A model generated the notes under the pieces. That model did not search any database. It had not been told where the DNA came from and saw nothing but the letters and a program-made list of their open reading frames with translations. A program made the position numbers and the translations under genes. DNA of 64,000 nucleotides from a virus, in the IMG/VR virus record IMGVR_UViG_3300035698_012707, positions 17,343-81,342 of that record; one strand, given 5' to 3'. This document shows positions 10,619 through 20,475 of the stretch, piece by piece (position 1 is the stretch's first letter; the number at the start of each line of letters is the position of its first letter).

Positions 10619-11358
10619 GTAAGAGACTAGTAAAGAAAATACTTGTCATAGGGAGGCCACATATGACAAATGCAATAATCGCACTACTACGCAACAGGGT
10701 AGTGAGAACATTTATTACGGAGCTCTTCGTAGGGCTTGCCGTAGGCGTGGTCACTACACTTAAATGCAAGGATAAGAATGAAAAGCGCAAACGAGTTTTA
10801 CTACATATGCAAGAAGGGTCATCTGACAGTAGGTCAGACAGATCGGAAACAGAAATGCGAACACAAAATACAAGAAGTACGACTTGTGAAAAAAGGGAAA
10901 GCTGGAGTAGAGAAAGAAGTAACGAAAGAGACTACCTGTAGTGAGGAGTTAATAGAATTCCACCCAATGCCAGAAGAACTAGATTATTTTAATATCTGGG
11001 AACCACAAGTAATTAAAGCATTTCTAACCGGGCAGGACCAGTACGCGCTAAGAGAAGGATTTCTTATCGATATGCAGCGGGTGTTTATCGCGCTAAGGAC
11101 TAAGATAGATGATCTTGAAAGACAGATCAAGGATGTTAAGGAGTTGAAGAAATGAACGATGAAATGGTAGGAAAGATACAAGCATCGCAACACAGAAGAC
11201 AAGCAACATGGTCACTAAATGAGCATACGCTACTTATGGAAGATGCCAAGAAAAACGCATTATCTAGATTCTTTATAGTAATAAAGAAGTATGAAATGAC
11301 TGAAGACGATGTAGCTGAATTGATAGAGATATCTCAGTTCTTAATATAAAGGAGAGTT

Positions 11359-11919
11359 ATGCGTAAATCAAATATTGGTATAGACTTAGACGGCGTAATA
11401 TGTAATCTCTATAAAGAAGCAAGACCATTATTTAAAGAAATGTATGATATAGAAGTAACTGAAAGTTGCTTAGACGTAGAAAAAGAATATGGTCTAACTA
11501 AGAAACAAGTATCAGATCTATTCATTGAAGCAGGAAAAAGGGGTATGTACAGAAACTCTAGCGTATACGATAAGACGAGGAGTCATCTAGTAAACATATC
11601 TAGACAGTATAACATATTCTATGTTACAGTAAGAGATTTCTATCATCAAATAAAGAAGGACACTTTTTATTGGCTGGACAAGAACAAGCTGCCATACTTC
11701 AGAGTTGTTTTCTCTCGGTCGAAGCATAAGATTGCAGAACGAGAAGATTTTCAATTCTTTGTGGACGATGATCCTTTTATTTGCAATAGAGTAGCAAAGA
11801 CTAACACACCAACATATCTATTCAAACAACCATGGAACACTAAGGCACCATTAGATCCTTTGGTAAAAGTAATAGATAGCTGGCAGGAAATAGAAGATAT
11901 ATTAATAGTTGAAAAGTAA
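11359..11919 (+). CDS. HAD-family 5'(3')-deoxyribonucleotidase-like protein
   Basis: IGIDLDGV; YVTVR; FFVDD; QPWN. Confidence 0.85.
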   Translation: MRKSNIGIDLDGVICNLYKEARPLFKEMYDIEVTESCLDVEKEYGLTKKQVSDLFIEAGKRGMYRNSSVYDKTRSHLVNISRQYNIFYVTVRDFYHQIKKDTFYWLDKNKLPYFRVVFSRSKHKIAEREDFQFFVDDDPFICNRVAKTNTPTYLFKQPWNTKAPLDPLVKVIDSWQEIEDILIVEK

Positions 11920-11937
11920 AGAGATCTATGCTATAAT
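11909..11937 (+). promoter_or_regulatory. Sigma70-type promoter
   Basis: TTGAAA-17-TATAAT with TG. Confidence 0.65.
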
Positions 11938-11949
11938 ATAAGTATAATA

Positions 11950-12123
11950 ATGATGACTAACATAATAAATTGTAATTGCGATATAGCTGAAAGATTAAAG
12001 ATCTTAGGGAATCAAATGCATTCCATAAGTTATCATATTGATGATATAATGGCTATATGCTATAAAAAGTATGACAACCCAAAAGAAAACCTTGAATGGG
12101 ATCCGAAGGAGAACATTAAATGA
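11950..12123 (+). CDS. 57-aa hypothetical protein ending EWDPKENIK (below ORF-track cutoff)
   Basis: Hand translation; ATGA overlap with the next gene. Confidence 0.5.
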   Translation: MMTNIINCNCDIAERLKILGNQMHSISYHIDDIMAICYKKYDNPKENLEWDPKENIK

Positions 12124-13229
12124 AATATCGGCAATGGACTGATGAAGATAGGGATGAATTGACGACTCTTCTTGACGAAGATTTAAATATTGATGAAATA
12201 GCAGAAAGATTAGACAGAACTTCTAGATCTGTAGAATATGAAATGGGAAGATCAAAGCTACAAGCAACCGTTCGAGCTAAGTCTATGTCAGCAAAAGCTG
12301 ATACTCCTACAAAGAAAACAAAAGAACGAAAAAATGCGATAACAGAAGCATCTGTTGAGTTTATTGATCAAAAATCATGTAAAAAGAATTATGACAATAT
12401 CTGGGATACTATAATTAAGTTTCAGACAGAATTACATTCGGTTGATATAGAACAAACAGATGCACATTTAGCTATAGATACACCTAAGTGGGTAGGTATT
12501 GCATTTCAAGGTGACCTTCATCTTGGTAACATAGCAACAGATTACATAACATTGTTACAACATAAAAAAATGATACTAGATACAAAAAACTTGTATTTAG
12601 TTATAAATGGAGATTATTGTGATAATTATATATCAGGGTCTCATGCTGGTGGATCATTTGAAGCATTATTTCCTCCTGCTACGCAGAAAACCCTTGCTAA
12701 GAACTACATTGAAGACCTTGAAGACAAGGTTCTCGCATTAGTAGCAGGATGTCATGATTTGTGGTCGTTAAAGATTGATGACTTTGATATTACTGAGTAT
12801 CTTGCTAAGCACGGTAACGCAGTTTATCTTGGTTCCGGCGGAAACTTATACTTAAAGGTAGGAAAAGTAACTTATAAAATAAGAATGCGTCATAAATATA
12901 GGTTTAACTCTCAAGACAATCCATGTCATACGGTTAAGAAGATGTTTGAGAAAGATGGCGGATTTGATGTTGGTGTGGTTAGCCATAATCATATCTCTGC
13001 AATGGAAGAAAGTCAAAAAACAGGCTTAGATGGTAACCTTAAGCGTATTTTCTTACGAGCAGGTTCTTACAAAGCTAAAGACAGATATTCCAAGCAATTA
13101 GGATTTTCAGATGGTGGATTAACTGTTCCTGTTGTGTTGTTTAATCCGGAAACAAGGGATATGAGAGGTTTTCAGGATTTAGGAGAAGGGATCGACTATC
13201 TGAATTTTCTCAATGGCGAAGTAGAATAA
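12120..13229 (+). CDS. Calcineurin-like metallophosphoesterase with N-terminal HTH
   Basis: GDLHLG, NGD, GCHD, SHNH; N-terminal IAERLDRT. Confidence 0.75.
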   Translation: MKYRQWTDEDRDELTTLLDEDLNIDEIAERLDRTSRSVEYEMGRSKLQATVRAKSMSAKADTPTKKTKERKNAITEASVEFIDQKSCKKNYDNIWDTIIKFQTELHSVDIEQTDAHLAIDTPKWVGIAFQGDLHLGNIATDYITLLQHKKMILDTKNLYLVINGDYCDNYISGSHAGGSFEALFPPATQKTLAKNYIEDLEDKVLALVAGCHDLWSLKIDDFDITEYLAKHGNAVYLGSGGNLYLKVGKVTYKIRMRHKYRFNSQDNPCHTVKKMFEKDGGFDVGVVSHNHISAMEESQKTGLDGNLKRIFLRAGSYKAKDRYSKQLGFSDGGLTVPVVLFNPETRDMRGFQDLGEGIDYLNFLNGEVE

Positions 13230-14039
13230 TAATGTCTTTAAGAAACCTATACTTTAATAAACGCATAAGTAAGAAGAAAAAAGACGTTTGGTATTATTTA
13301 GAGCTTCTTAATATAACAAAACAAAAAGTTTATATAGAGAAGATAAGATATAGGGATAAGAAGGAAAAAGTTACAACAGTACTAACTGAGAGAAATGTAA
13401 AGAAATCAATTAATAAAGCGATACTTGCTGATACTAGGAGTATATCTGATTTTATTGATCTTCTGCCTGCTGGAATGCCTGAAGGTGAGCTCATAAATAA
13501 GTATGTACATCAAACTTACGATGCTGATCTTAGAATTTCTTCAAGTATGGAAAGATCTGAAACAATAAGAATATTTAATAAATATAGAGTTTTAAATTCT
13601 GACAGAAAAAGATTAATAGCTTCTATACTTAACACTAGAATAGACCTAGGATAAACGAAAGAGGTGGTTATGAGCGATAAGTTTACTAAAGTTCCATACA
13701 ACAATCCATCTTTACTACCTTTAGGTAGTTATAATATAGATGTAAAAGAACCAATAGAGATAGAATTAAAGAACAATGGTTCCTACGGTAGCGAAGAAGA
13801 AGGTAAATGGTCTATTATTAATAGATTTGATCTGGCCGACGGCAAAGAGATCACAATAGTAGATCTAGTTACACTTAAGAAAGTTTTAGATAAAAAAGGA
13901 TTATACCCTGAATTGAAGGAAGACGAGACAGCTTCTTTATGTCAGTTATCATTGGTTGATAATGACCTTACAATAAAGGGTGACGTAGTCAAAGTTACAA
14001 AAAGTAAGTAGTTAACACGTTTGCTGCTCATTTACAAAT

Positions 14040-14092
14040 AAGGCTGTAATAAGTATTAGTCCATAATTGGCAATATTTCTTACGGCCTTTTT
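14040..14092 (+). terminator. Intrinsic terminator candidate
   Basis: AAGGCTGTAA...TTACGGCCTT stem followed by T-run. Confidence 0.55.
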
Positions 14093-14099
14093 GTGTCTT

Positions 14100-14460
14100 A
14101 AACCCAAGTAGGTAGGGGTTAGATGCCTCGCGGCGTTTAGCCCCGTCCGAAAATAAGCCAAAAGGGCGCGTCCATCAGCAAAGATGGACTTGAACGAGAA
14201 TTACTCCTAATTCGAGTTCAAAATGTCCCGCAGTGTAGAAATTTGTGTTATATTTACTTTTCGATATTTTTGAGATAGAGCGACTTCCCAAAAAAGTAGG
14301 TTGCGACGGGAGCTGGGTAACCCCGGTTCTCGTCCCTCCGAAAAGGTTAAGTGACAGTAGGTTAGTTAACCTAAATAACAAGTGAAGCGATCTAGATCCA
14401 GCAGTGTATCCTGCTATTAGCCTTAGAGCACAAAAAGTGCTCATGGGCTAATTTGCGCAA
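14100..14460. ncRNA. Unidentified multi-hairpin structured non-coding region
   Basis: GC-rich hairpins at 14115-14144, 14170-14189, 14305-14334 and 14416-14452 in a 500-nt gap. Confidence 0.45.
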
Positions 14461-14813
14461 CAAATAGATTACCGTTATTTTACCAAAAATTTCGCAGGCG
14501 ATTTCGAGAAAATGATATTTTCAAACATATTTTCGTTTTTTAAGTCGAAAAGGAGCACCATGGACAAGAAAGAAAAAAATGGTTCGACAGGAAATAAAAA
14601 TATACTTACAAGAGAGTACCTTCATTCTATAAGCAGAATAGGAGATAGATTGAAAATGCTAAGGCGTGATATGAATAAACAAAAGAAAGAAATAGAGTAT
14701 ATGGAAGAAGATGTGCAACTTTTAGCTGATGCTTTTGATTCTCTTTTTCAAGATTTAGTACAAGAGCTCGAAAAAAGATTTAATAAAAACGATGACCATA
14801 AGGTGGAAAAAGT

Positions 14814-15545
14814 ATGAGTAAAAAGAAAACATGTGCCACATGTGGCAAAGAAATATCAATTAATGCAAAAAAATGTAAATCTTGCTCAAGAAAAGGTAAA
14901 TACAATCCAGCATATAAACATGGTTTAAAAATAAAAGACAAAAAAGAACGAAGATATAAATTTTGTGTTGATTGCGGAGAAAAAATAGACCATACAGCCA
15001 TTAGATGTATAAGGTGTAGTAATATTTACAGAAGCGAAGAACGAAGTGCAACATGGAAAGGTGGTGTTGATGCAGAGGGATATATAAGATCTAAGTTTAA
15101 TAATAAACTTAAAGAATATATTAGAAAAAGAGATGAAAATACTTGTCAAGAGTGCGGCAAAGTATATGTACATAAAGGAAAAGCTCTAGACGTTCATCAT
15201 ATAGATTATGATAAAATCAATAATATTCCAAGTAATCTTATTACGCTCTGCAATAAATGTCACACAAGAACAAGCATTAAGGATAGAGAATACTGGTATG
15301 TTCATTTTATGGATAAAGTAAACACAAGCGATAAATGGCTTAAAGTTACTTGGGAAGACGCTTGTACTTATGCTAGCGAAAGTATAGAAGATATGAGCGA
15401 AAAGAAACCAGAATTAGTAGATACTTTTGGTAAAATTGTAATATATAATAAAGAATATTGCTTAATAATAACACATGATAGTAGAGGAATATCTAATGAT
15501 TATTTAAGAATTCCAATTTCTTTAGTAAGGAAAATTGAAATATAA
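14814..15545 (+). CDS. HNH endonuclease fused to a small C-terminal domain
   Basis: CxxC repeats, WKGG, IRKRDENTCQECG, DVHHIDYDKINN..NLITLCNKCH; C-terminal VTWEDA...IP domain. Confidence 0.8.
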   Translation: MSKKKTCATCGKEISINAKKCKSCSRKGKYNPAYKHGLKIKDKKERRYKFCVDCGEKIDHTAIRCIRCSNIYRSEERSATWKGGVDAEGYIRSKFNNKLKEYIRKRDENTCQECGKVYVHKGKALDVHHIDYDKINNIPSNLITLCNKCHTRTSIKDREYWYVHFMDKVNTSDKWLKVTWEDACTYASESIEDMSEKKPELVDTFGKIVIYNKEYCLIITHDSRGISNDYLRIPISLVRKIEI

Positions 15546-15561
15546 AAACTTAAAATAAAGC

Positions 15562-15590
15562 TTGACAAAATATTTTGAAAATGGTATAAT
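15562..15590 (+). promoter_or_regulatory. Consensus sigma70 promoter
   Basis: TTGACA-17-TATAAT with TG. Confidence 0.8.
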
Positions 15591-15612
15591 AAGAAATACA
15601 AAGGAGATTTAA

Positions 15613-15918
15613 ATGTCTTATACAGTTAGTCGTAATGACGGGTACATAAGGATGGAAGGGGAACCTGACTTACCATACCCAGTAATAGACACAGAGAAAT
15701 TAGCAAAGGTCAGCATATCTCATGAACTATTACATCAACTTCTTGATCTACCTGATGATGTTAGAATCACTTCTATGCATACGTCACGAGGTGAACAATA
15801 CACTGGTATGTATATGATATGTGATAGGTTTGATAGAGTACCAGACGGAGCTGTAGCTCCTGAAATATCTATTGAAAATGTAAAGTCTGTTGGTTTGTGG
15901 GATTCAGAAGGAAACTAA
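15613..15918 (+). CDS. Hypothetical protein ending WDSEGN
   Basis: RBS GGGAG; WDxxxN C-terminus. Confidence 0.6.
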   Translation: MSYTVSRNDGYIRMEGEPDLPYPVIDTEKLAKVSISHELLHQLLDLPDDVRITSMHTSRGEQYTGMYMICDRFDRVPDGAVAPEISIENVKSVGLWDSEGN

Positions 15919-16175
15919 TGGAATCAGAAATAGGAATTATATATTGTGATCATTGTAATTCTCCAGCACTAACATATGATCTTGATTTTATGAAAAACGC
16001 ACCAGCACAACAGCTAATAGAGGCTAAACATTTTCAATATATAGGAATGGATGGTCCATTTCCTTACGAAGAAGCGAGATGTCCAAGATGCGAAGAGAAT
16101 ATTATTGTATGCATAATGAAAGAGTGGGAAAAATTAAAAGAAACAAGGGAGTGGGACTTATCATACAATGAGTGA
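15918..16175 (+). CDS. Zn-finger hypothetical protein ending WDLSYNE
   Basis: CDHC, CPRC; TAATG coupling. Confidence 0.6.
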   Translation: MESEIGIIYCDHCNSPALTYDLDFMKNAPAQQLIEAKHFQYIGMDGPFPYEEARCPRCEENIIVCIMKEWEKLKETREWDLSYNE

Positions 16176-16521
16176 TTTTAAAAATAGTCTTGAACTATAT
16201 GTTGCAGACAAGATGACAGAAGTATATAAGTATTGCAGACCAACAATAGCGTCTGGTGCAACACCAGCAGAAAAGGGAGACATTAAAAATCCCTGGTTTA
16301 ATATAGAGTGCAAGCAAAAGCGCACAAGTAAAGCATTTACGATACCATATAAAGAATGGTATAAGAATTGCGGCGAGGCAGACTCACAGTACAAAGATCC
16401 GGTTTTTGTTGTTGAAAACGAACTGGGTGAGAAAATAGCTGCAATGAGATTGGATGAATGGTTCCAGTTAATTAACGAATTAATGGACCTTAGAAAAATA
16501 TTGGAGGAGAAAAATGACTGA
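16168..16521 (+). CDS. PD-(D/E)xK Holliday-junction resolvase-like nuclease
   Basis: SGA...KGDI...IECK. Confidence 0.7.
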   Translation: MSDFKNSLELYVADKMTEVYKYCRPTIASGATPAEKGDIKNPWFNIECKQKRTSKAFTIPYKEWYKNCGEADSQYKDPVFVVENELGEKIAAMRLDEWFQLINELMDLRKILEEKND

Positions 16522-17698
16522 AGAAAATAATTTACCAGAAATAGAAACTAGAGACGACATGGACCTAGAAGGAAAGCGCAAAGAGGTTGAAGATCTATTG
16601 CCAAAAGCTACGGGTGGAGTAGAAATACCGATGATACCACTAGAAGATTTTGAAATACCTGATTCAGAAATAAAGTCAGAGATTGGTGCAGTTAATTCAT
16701 ACGTAGGGTCAGTAGAGTATGGTGTTATTGGCTGTGGTCAAGCAGGTGGAAGAATAGCTAAGAGTTTCTTTGATCAAGGATATAAGAAATGTTTAGCTAT
16801 CAATACAGCTAAGGCTGACTTAAATCCATTAGACATACCTGAAGAACAGAAGCTTAAGATAGGTGACGCAGAAGGGTCCGGAAAAGATATGAATAAGGGA
16901 CACGAGGCTGCTAAAGATTCCTATCAAAGAATATTGGACAGAATTAAGAGTACCTTTGGTACTGTTGAAAAGATAGTAATAACTGTTGGTTTCGGCGGCG
17001 GCACAGGAGCGGGATCACTAAACGTATTAGTGAAGATAGCACAGAGCTATCTAGAGATGTTAGGAAACAAAAATTATCTTACCGATGTAATAGTTATAGC
17101 AGCACTTCCAACAAACGGTGAGAAAAAGAGTAAGACTATCTCTACGAATCTCCTCCTAGTTAAAGATCGTATAAAAGAGATGGTAGATCAAGGTCAAGTG
17201 GGTCCTCTATTTATAATTGACAACAGCAAGATAGAGACACTATACAGAGGAATTACGCCCGCTAAGTTCTGGAGTACAGTAAACGATACTATTACTGGAC
17301 TGTTCCAGACATATAATTACCTTTCTACTCAAGAAAGTAGTTATACATCATTCGATGCAGAAGACTATAAGACAGTACTTTCTGCTCCTGGTTACGCCGT
17401 GTTAGGTGTTACAAAGGTAGACACAAAAGGATCTGATATGAGCATAGCTCTTCAAGAGAACTTTAAGAAGACTATTCTTGCTGCGGGTCTAGACTTTAAG
17501 ACAGCGCGTCAAGCTGGTTGTATACTAGCTGTTAACAATGGTGATCTAGAGGTTATTACTATGGATGATCTTAGTTATGCTTTCGATGCGTTCAATACTC
17601 TAGTTGGCGGAGCAGATGTTCATCGCGGCCTGTACGGTACAGAAGCTGCTGGAACACGTGCATACACACTAGTAACAGGATTAAAATCAAATGGGTAG
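16514..17698 (+). CDS. FtsZ/tubulin-family GTPase (phage tubulin-like)
   Basis: IGCGQAGGRIA, AINT, GGGTGAG signature loop, IIDN, FDAEDY. Confidence 0.9.
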   Translation: MTEENNLPEIETRDDMDLEGKRKEVEDLLPKATGGVEIPMIPLEDFEIPDSEIKSEIGAVNSYVGSVEYGVIGCGQAGGRIAKSFFDQGYKKCLAINTAKADLNPLDIPEEQKLKIGDAEGSGKDMNKGHEAAKDSYQRILDRIKSTFGTVEKIVITVGFGGGTGAGSLNVLVKIAQSYLEMLGNKNYLTDVIVIAALPTNGEKKSKTISTNLLLVKDRIKEMVDQGQVGPLFIIDNSKIETLYRGITPAKFWSTVNDTITGLFQTYNYLSTQESSYTSFDAEDYKTVLSAPGYAVLGVTKVDTKGSDMSIALQENFKKTILAAGLDFKTARQAGCILAVNNGDLEVITMDDLSYAFDAFNTLVGGADVHRGLYGTEAAGTRAYTLVTGLKSNG

Positions 17699-18242
17699 AG
17701 GAATAATTGGTTTGCCAATAAATGAAACTACTACCAGTGTAATAATTGATTTAGAATATTGTGAAAACGTTACATTCAATGACTGTCAGCGCGAGATAAT
17801 AAGACTTATTGTTCAAGATTCAGATAAACATTCAATTATGGCTTGTCCAAGGAGGTCTGGTAAATCTTTTATAGTAAGAACTATAGTTGCAAGGTTTAGT
17901 AACGATGTTCATGTTGTTTTTCCAAGCAGAAATATAGCACGTTATTCTATTAACGATGGGCTATGTCCCGACAATGTACATTATATGGACAGTATTTATA
18001 CGTTGTCTCATGCTAGACCAGCACCAGAGATTATTATTTGTGAAGAATGTTCTGCAACTGATAATATTTTATCTATACCTGGTGTTCATAAGGTTTTATC
18101 TCTTTACACACCACCAGAGATGGCGATGAACGAATACGAAGAGAGTGGGGTTATAAGCGGACGTGTTACTGAGGATGACTTTTGGGATAATGTATATCCA
18201 TGTAATAAAAAAGAAAGGGAGTGGGATGACGAAACAAACTAA
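17691..18242 (+). CDS. Short P-loop protein resembling a terminase/helicase ATPase N-terminus; ends WDDETN
   Basis: NDCQREI...CPRRSGKS Walker A; IIICEE Walker-B-like. Confidence 0.45.
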   Translation: MGRGIIGLPINETTTSVIIDLEYCENVTFNDCQREIIRLIVQDSDKHSIMACPRRSGKSFIVRTIVARFSNDVHVVFPSRNIARYSINDGLCPDNVHYMDSIYTLSHARPAPEIIICEECSATDNILSIPGVHKVLSLYTPPEMAMNEYEESGVISGRVTEDDFWDNVYPCNKKEREWDDETN

Positions 18243-18472
18243 AGAGATGCCTATAATTCCAATAGAAACTGGAGAGGTGTTCTTACAAGACAAAGTAATA
18301 GATGAGTCTCACTGTTACATATGTAAGAAAGAGTTTGATAAATTTACCGACAGAGATATGTTGTTGCTTAGAATTAAGCCACATGAGATGGGTTTTTGTT
18401 GCCCGAGTCATAGAGGAATAGTTGCTGAGTTTATGAAGCAGTATAGAATATTACCGGGAGGTTGGGAAGAGC

Positions 18473-18913
18473 ATGTGGAAAAAGATGATAATGATTCTGT
18501 TGTTGATGACATTAATAGCAGCGCCAGCATCAGCTCAAAGCCGTAGCAAAAAGCTAGCTAGAGGTACTGTAAATTTTCTAACTGGATGGGTAGAAATACC
18601 TAAGAATATATATGACAAAACAATAGAAGAAGATGCATTATCCGGACTAACCCTAGGGTTAAGCGGAGGAATAGGAATGTTTTTAATCAGAACAGGTACT
18701 GGATTATACGAAATTGTTACGTTCCCAATACCTGTCCCAGAGAACTACCAGGCTATACTAGAGCCTGAGTTTGTTTTCAACAACGAAGATAAACGTGTAA
18801 CAAGGAGGAGTAATGACGGTAAACGAAGCAATAAGCCTACAGAAAGCAGTACGAGGAAGAGTTCAAGAGTTGAAAGCTTTGAGGTCGGAGGTATCAGCGT
18901 CGAAGGAGACTAA
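18473..18913 (+). CDS. Secreted/membrane protein similar to the exosortase-associated TIGR04073 family
   Basis: Signal peptide; KLARGTVNFLTGWVEIPKNI...RTGTGLYEIVTFPIP...EPEFV. Confidence 0.7.
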   Translation: MWKKMIMILLLMTLIAAPASAQSRSKKLARGTVNFLTGWVEIPKNIYDKTIEEDALSGLTLGLSGGIGMFLIRTGTGLYEIVTFPIPVPENYQAILEPEFVFNNEDKRVTRRSNDGKRSNKPTESSTRKSSRVESFEVGGISVEGD

Positions 18914-19100
18914 TTGGTATGGAGAGAGAGACAAGACCGAAAAGATTGAGCCTCAGTTCGATGTTAAGGTAGTAGATACCAAGATCGTAGAGATAGAACT
19001 GTTCCTGTATAAGATAGACGCTGCAATAAAGCAGTCTAACGCGGCAACAACGCTAGCTTTAGATGCAAATCTAGAGTCATTGTTAGCGCCACTGCAGTAA
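18813..19100 (+). CDS. DIP1984-like helical-hairpin protein
   Basis: MTVNEAI.L...L...IDAAIKQSNAAT pattern; RBS AGGAGG. Confidence 0.55.
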   Translation: MTVNEAISLQKAVRGRVQELKALRSEVSASKETNWYGERDKTEKIEPQFDVKVVDTKIVEIELFLYKIDAAIKQSNAATTLALDANLESLLAPLQ

Positions 19101-19108
19101 CATAGAAT

Positions 19109-19357
19109 TGTAGATGTAGGTCTATTTATTCTGTACAACGGAGTGAATAGTTTAAGAGAATAACTTGTAGCTTACAGTGGGCTTAGGTCCGTTGATTCGC
19201 TCCTAACATGGCTGAATTTAAACCTTGTTGATACGACAAAAATAAATAACTTATTTAATTAAGTGTTGTTGATTGTTGGTCGTGTCCGGGGCTTTGAGTT
19301 GTTGTTAATTGTAGTTAATTATTGTCAACTAGCAATTTATTTCCTACTACATCTGCA
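19109..19357 (+). ncRNA. Putative ncRNA closed by a long-range stem, containing TTGTTG-type repeats
   Basis: TGTAGATGTAG (19109-19119) pairs with CTACATCTGCA (19347-19357); no long ORF. Confidence 0.5.
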
Positions 19358-19377
19358 CAATACATAACGGAGGTATA

Positions 19378-19926
19378 ATGATAATACTATTAAGTATCTT
19401 GATAGTAATAGGTACGCTTGTTCTCAGTGGTAAGCTATGGAGAATGGGTGGAGATGGACAGGGTTGGGCTAGAGCCTTCGCCTTTCCTTCTCTTTGTGCG
19501 CTTGCAAAACTAGCGTTACTTGCACTAAACCTACCATGGTCATGGTGGTTTTTACTAACCTTTTTATATATACCCGCACTGTGGGGTCTTATGTCATTAA
19601 TTAGCTACGGAGTAACAGCACCACCACATAAATTTTGGATGTGGGTGGTAGGCCATTGGACTGGTAATTATAGTGATCCTGTTTGGCGTGCGCTTGCTAA
19701 CGACGGAAAGATAGCAGCAATAGAAATAGCAACACGCTGTACGTGTGGATTCTTTTGGTCACTAGCCGCAGCAATCTTTGCATACTTAACAGGTGCATGG
19801 ATATTGTTTGGAGTGTATGTACTATTTCTTACAATAGCTAACGGTTTGATCTGGAAATATATAAAAGACGTAGAAAAAAACGAGAGGTTGGTTGGAGCAT
19901 GTGTAGCTACAAGCACAATGATTTAG
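19378..19926 (+). CDS. Multi-pass membrane protein
   Basis: Several hydrophobic segments; RBS GGAGG. Confidence 0.65.
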   Translation: MIILLSILIVIGTLVLSGKLWRMGGDGQGWARAFAFPSLCALAKLALLALNLPWSWWFLLTFLYIPALWGLMSLISYGVTAPPHKFWMWVVGHWTGNYSDPVWRALANDGKIAAIEIATRCTCGFFWSLAAAIFAYLTGAWILFGVYVLFLTIANGLIWKYIKDVEKNERLVGACVATSTMI

Positions 19927-20228
19927 AACAGCAAGCAAAATACATAAGAAAACTTAGCAAGAAACTTGTTAAGCAAGGGCCTGAAGCTTGTAGAAAATTT
20001 TTAATATCAACAGGTGCTTACAATGAAGATGGAACCCTAAAGGATACATACAAATGAGTATAAATATAATAAAAGCATTAGAAAGAGCTGGATTTAAATC
20101 TGAATGTCATGAGATAATCCTGACTAAAGAGATGAGAAAAATGTCCAAAGATGTTCACAACTTTCTTAAAGAAAAGAGAAAACTAGAAATAAAATCAAGA
20201 GATATAAATATGATGTTTGATTAATTAT

Positions 20229-20304
20229 TGCGGGATGGAGCAGTGGTCAGCTCGAGTGTCTCATAAGCACTAGGTCGTGGATTCGAATTCCGCTCCCGCA
20301 ACCA
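20229..20304 (+). tRNA. tRNA-Met(CAT), initiator-like
   Basis: TGCGGGA/TCCCGCA acceptor, AGTGT-CTCATAA-GCACT, CCA. Confidence 0.9.
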
Positions 20305-20374
20305 TATAATAATAACTATTTATACTCTTAACCTAGTGACTATTTGAAAGTAAAAATTTCGCAGAGAGTTATTA

Positions 20375-20461
20375 GCGGGTGTGGTGAAATTGGCAAACAC
20401 GCTAGATTTAGAATCTAGTGTCAGAGATGACATGGGAGTTCAAGTCTCTCCACCCGCACCA
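20375..20461 (+). tRNA. tRNA-Leu(TAG)
   Basis: GCGGGTG/CACCCGC, CTAGA-TTTAGAA-TCTAG, long variable arm, CCA. Confidence 0.93.
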
Positions 20462-20475
20462 AGTTTAAATTATAT

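Noticed and set aside
14175-14444. 89-aa minus-strand ORF
   Set aside because: Opposite to local gene orientation and overlaps strong hairpins; probably spurious
19109-19357. DGR template repeat (AAC-rich on the minus strand) or CRISPR array
   Set aside because: No reverse transcriptase or matching variable repeat in the window, and no regular repeat-spacer period
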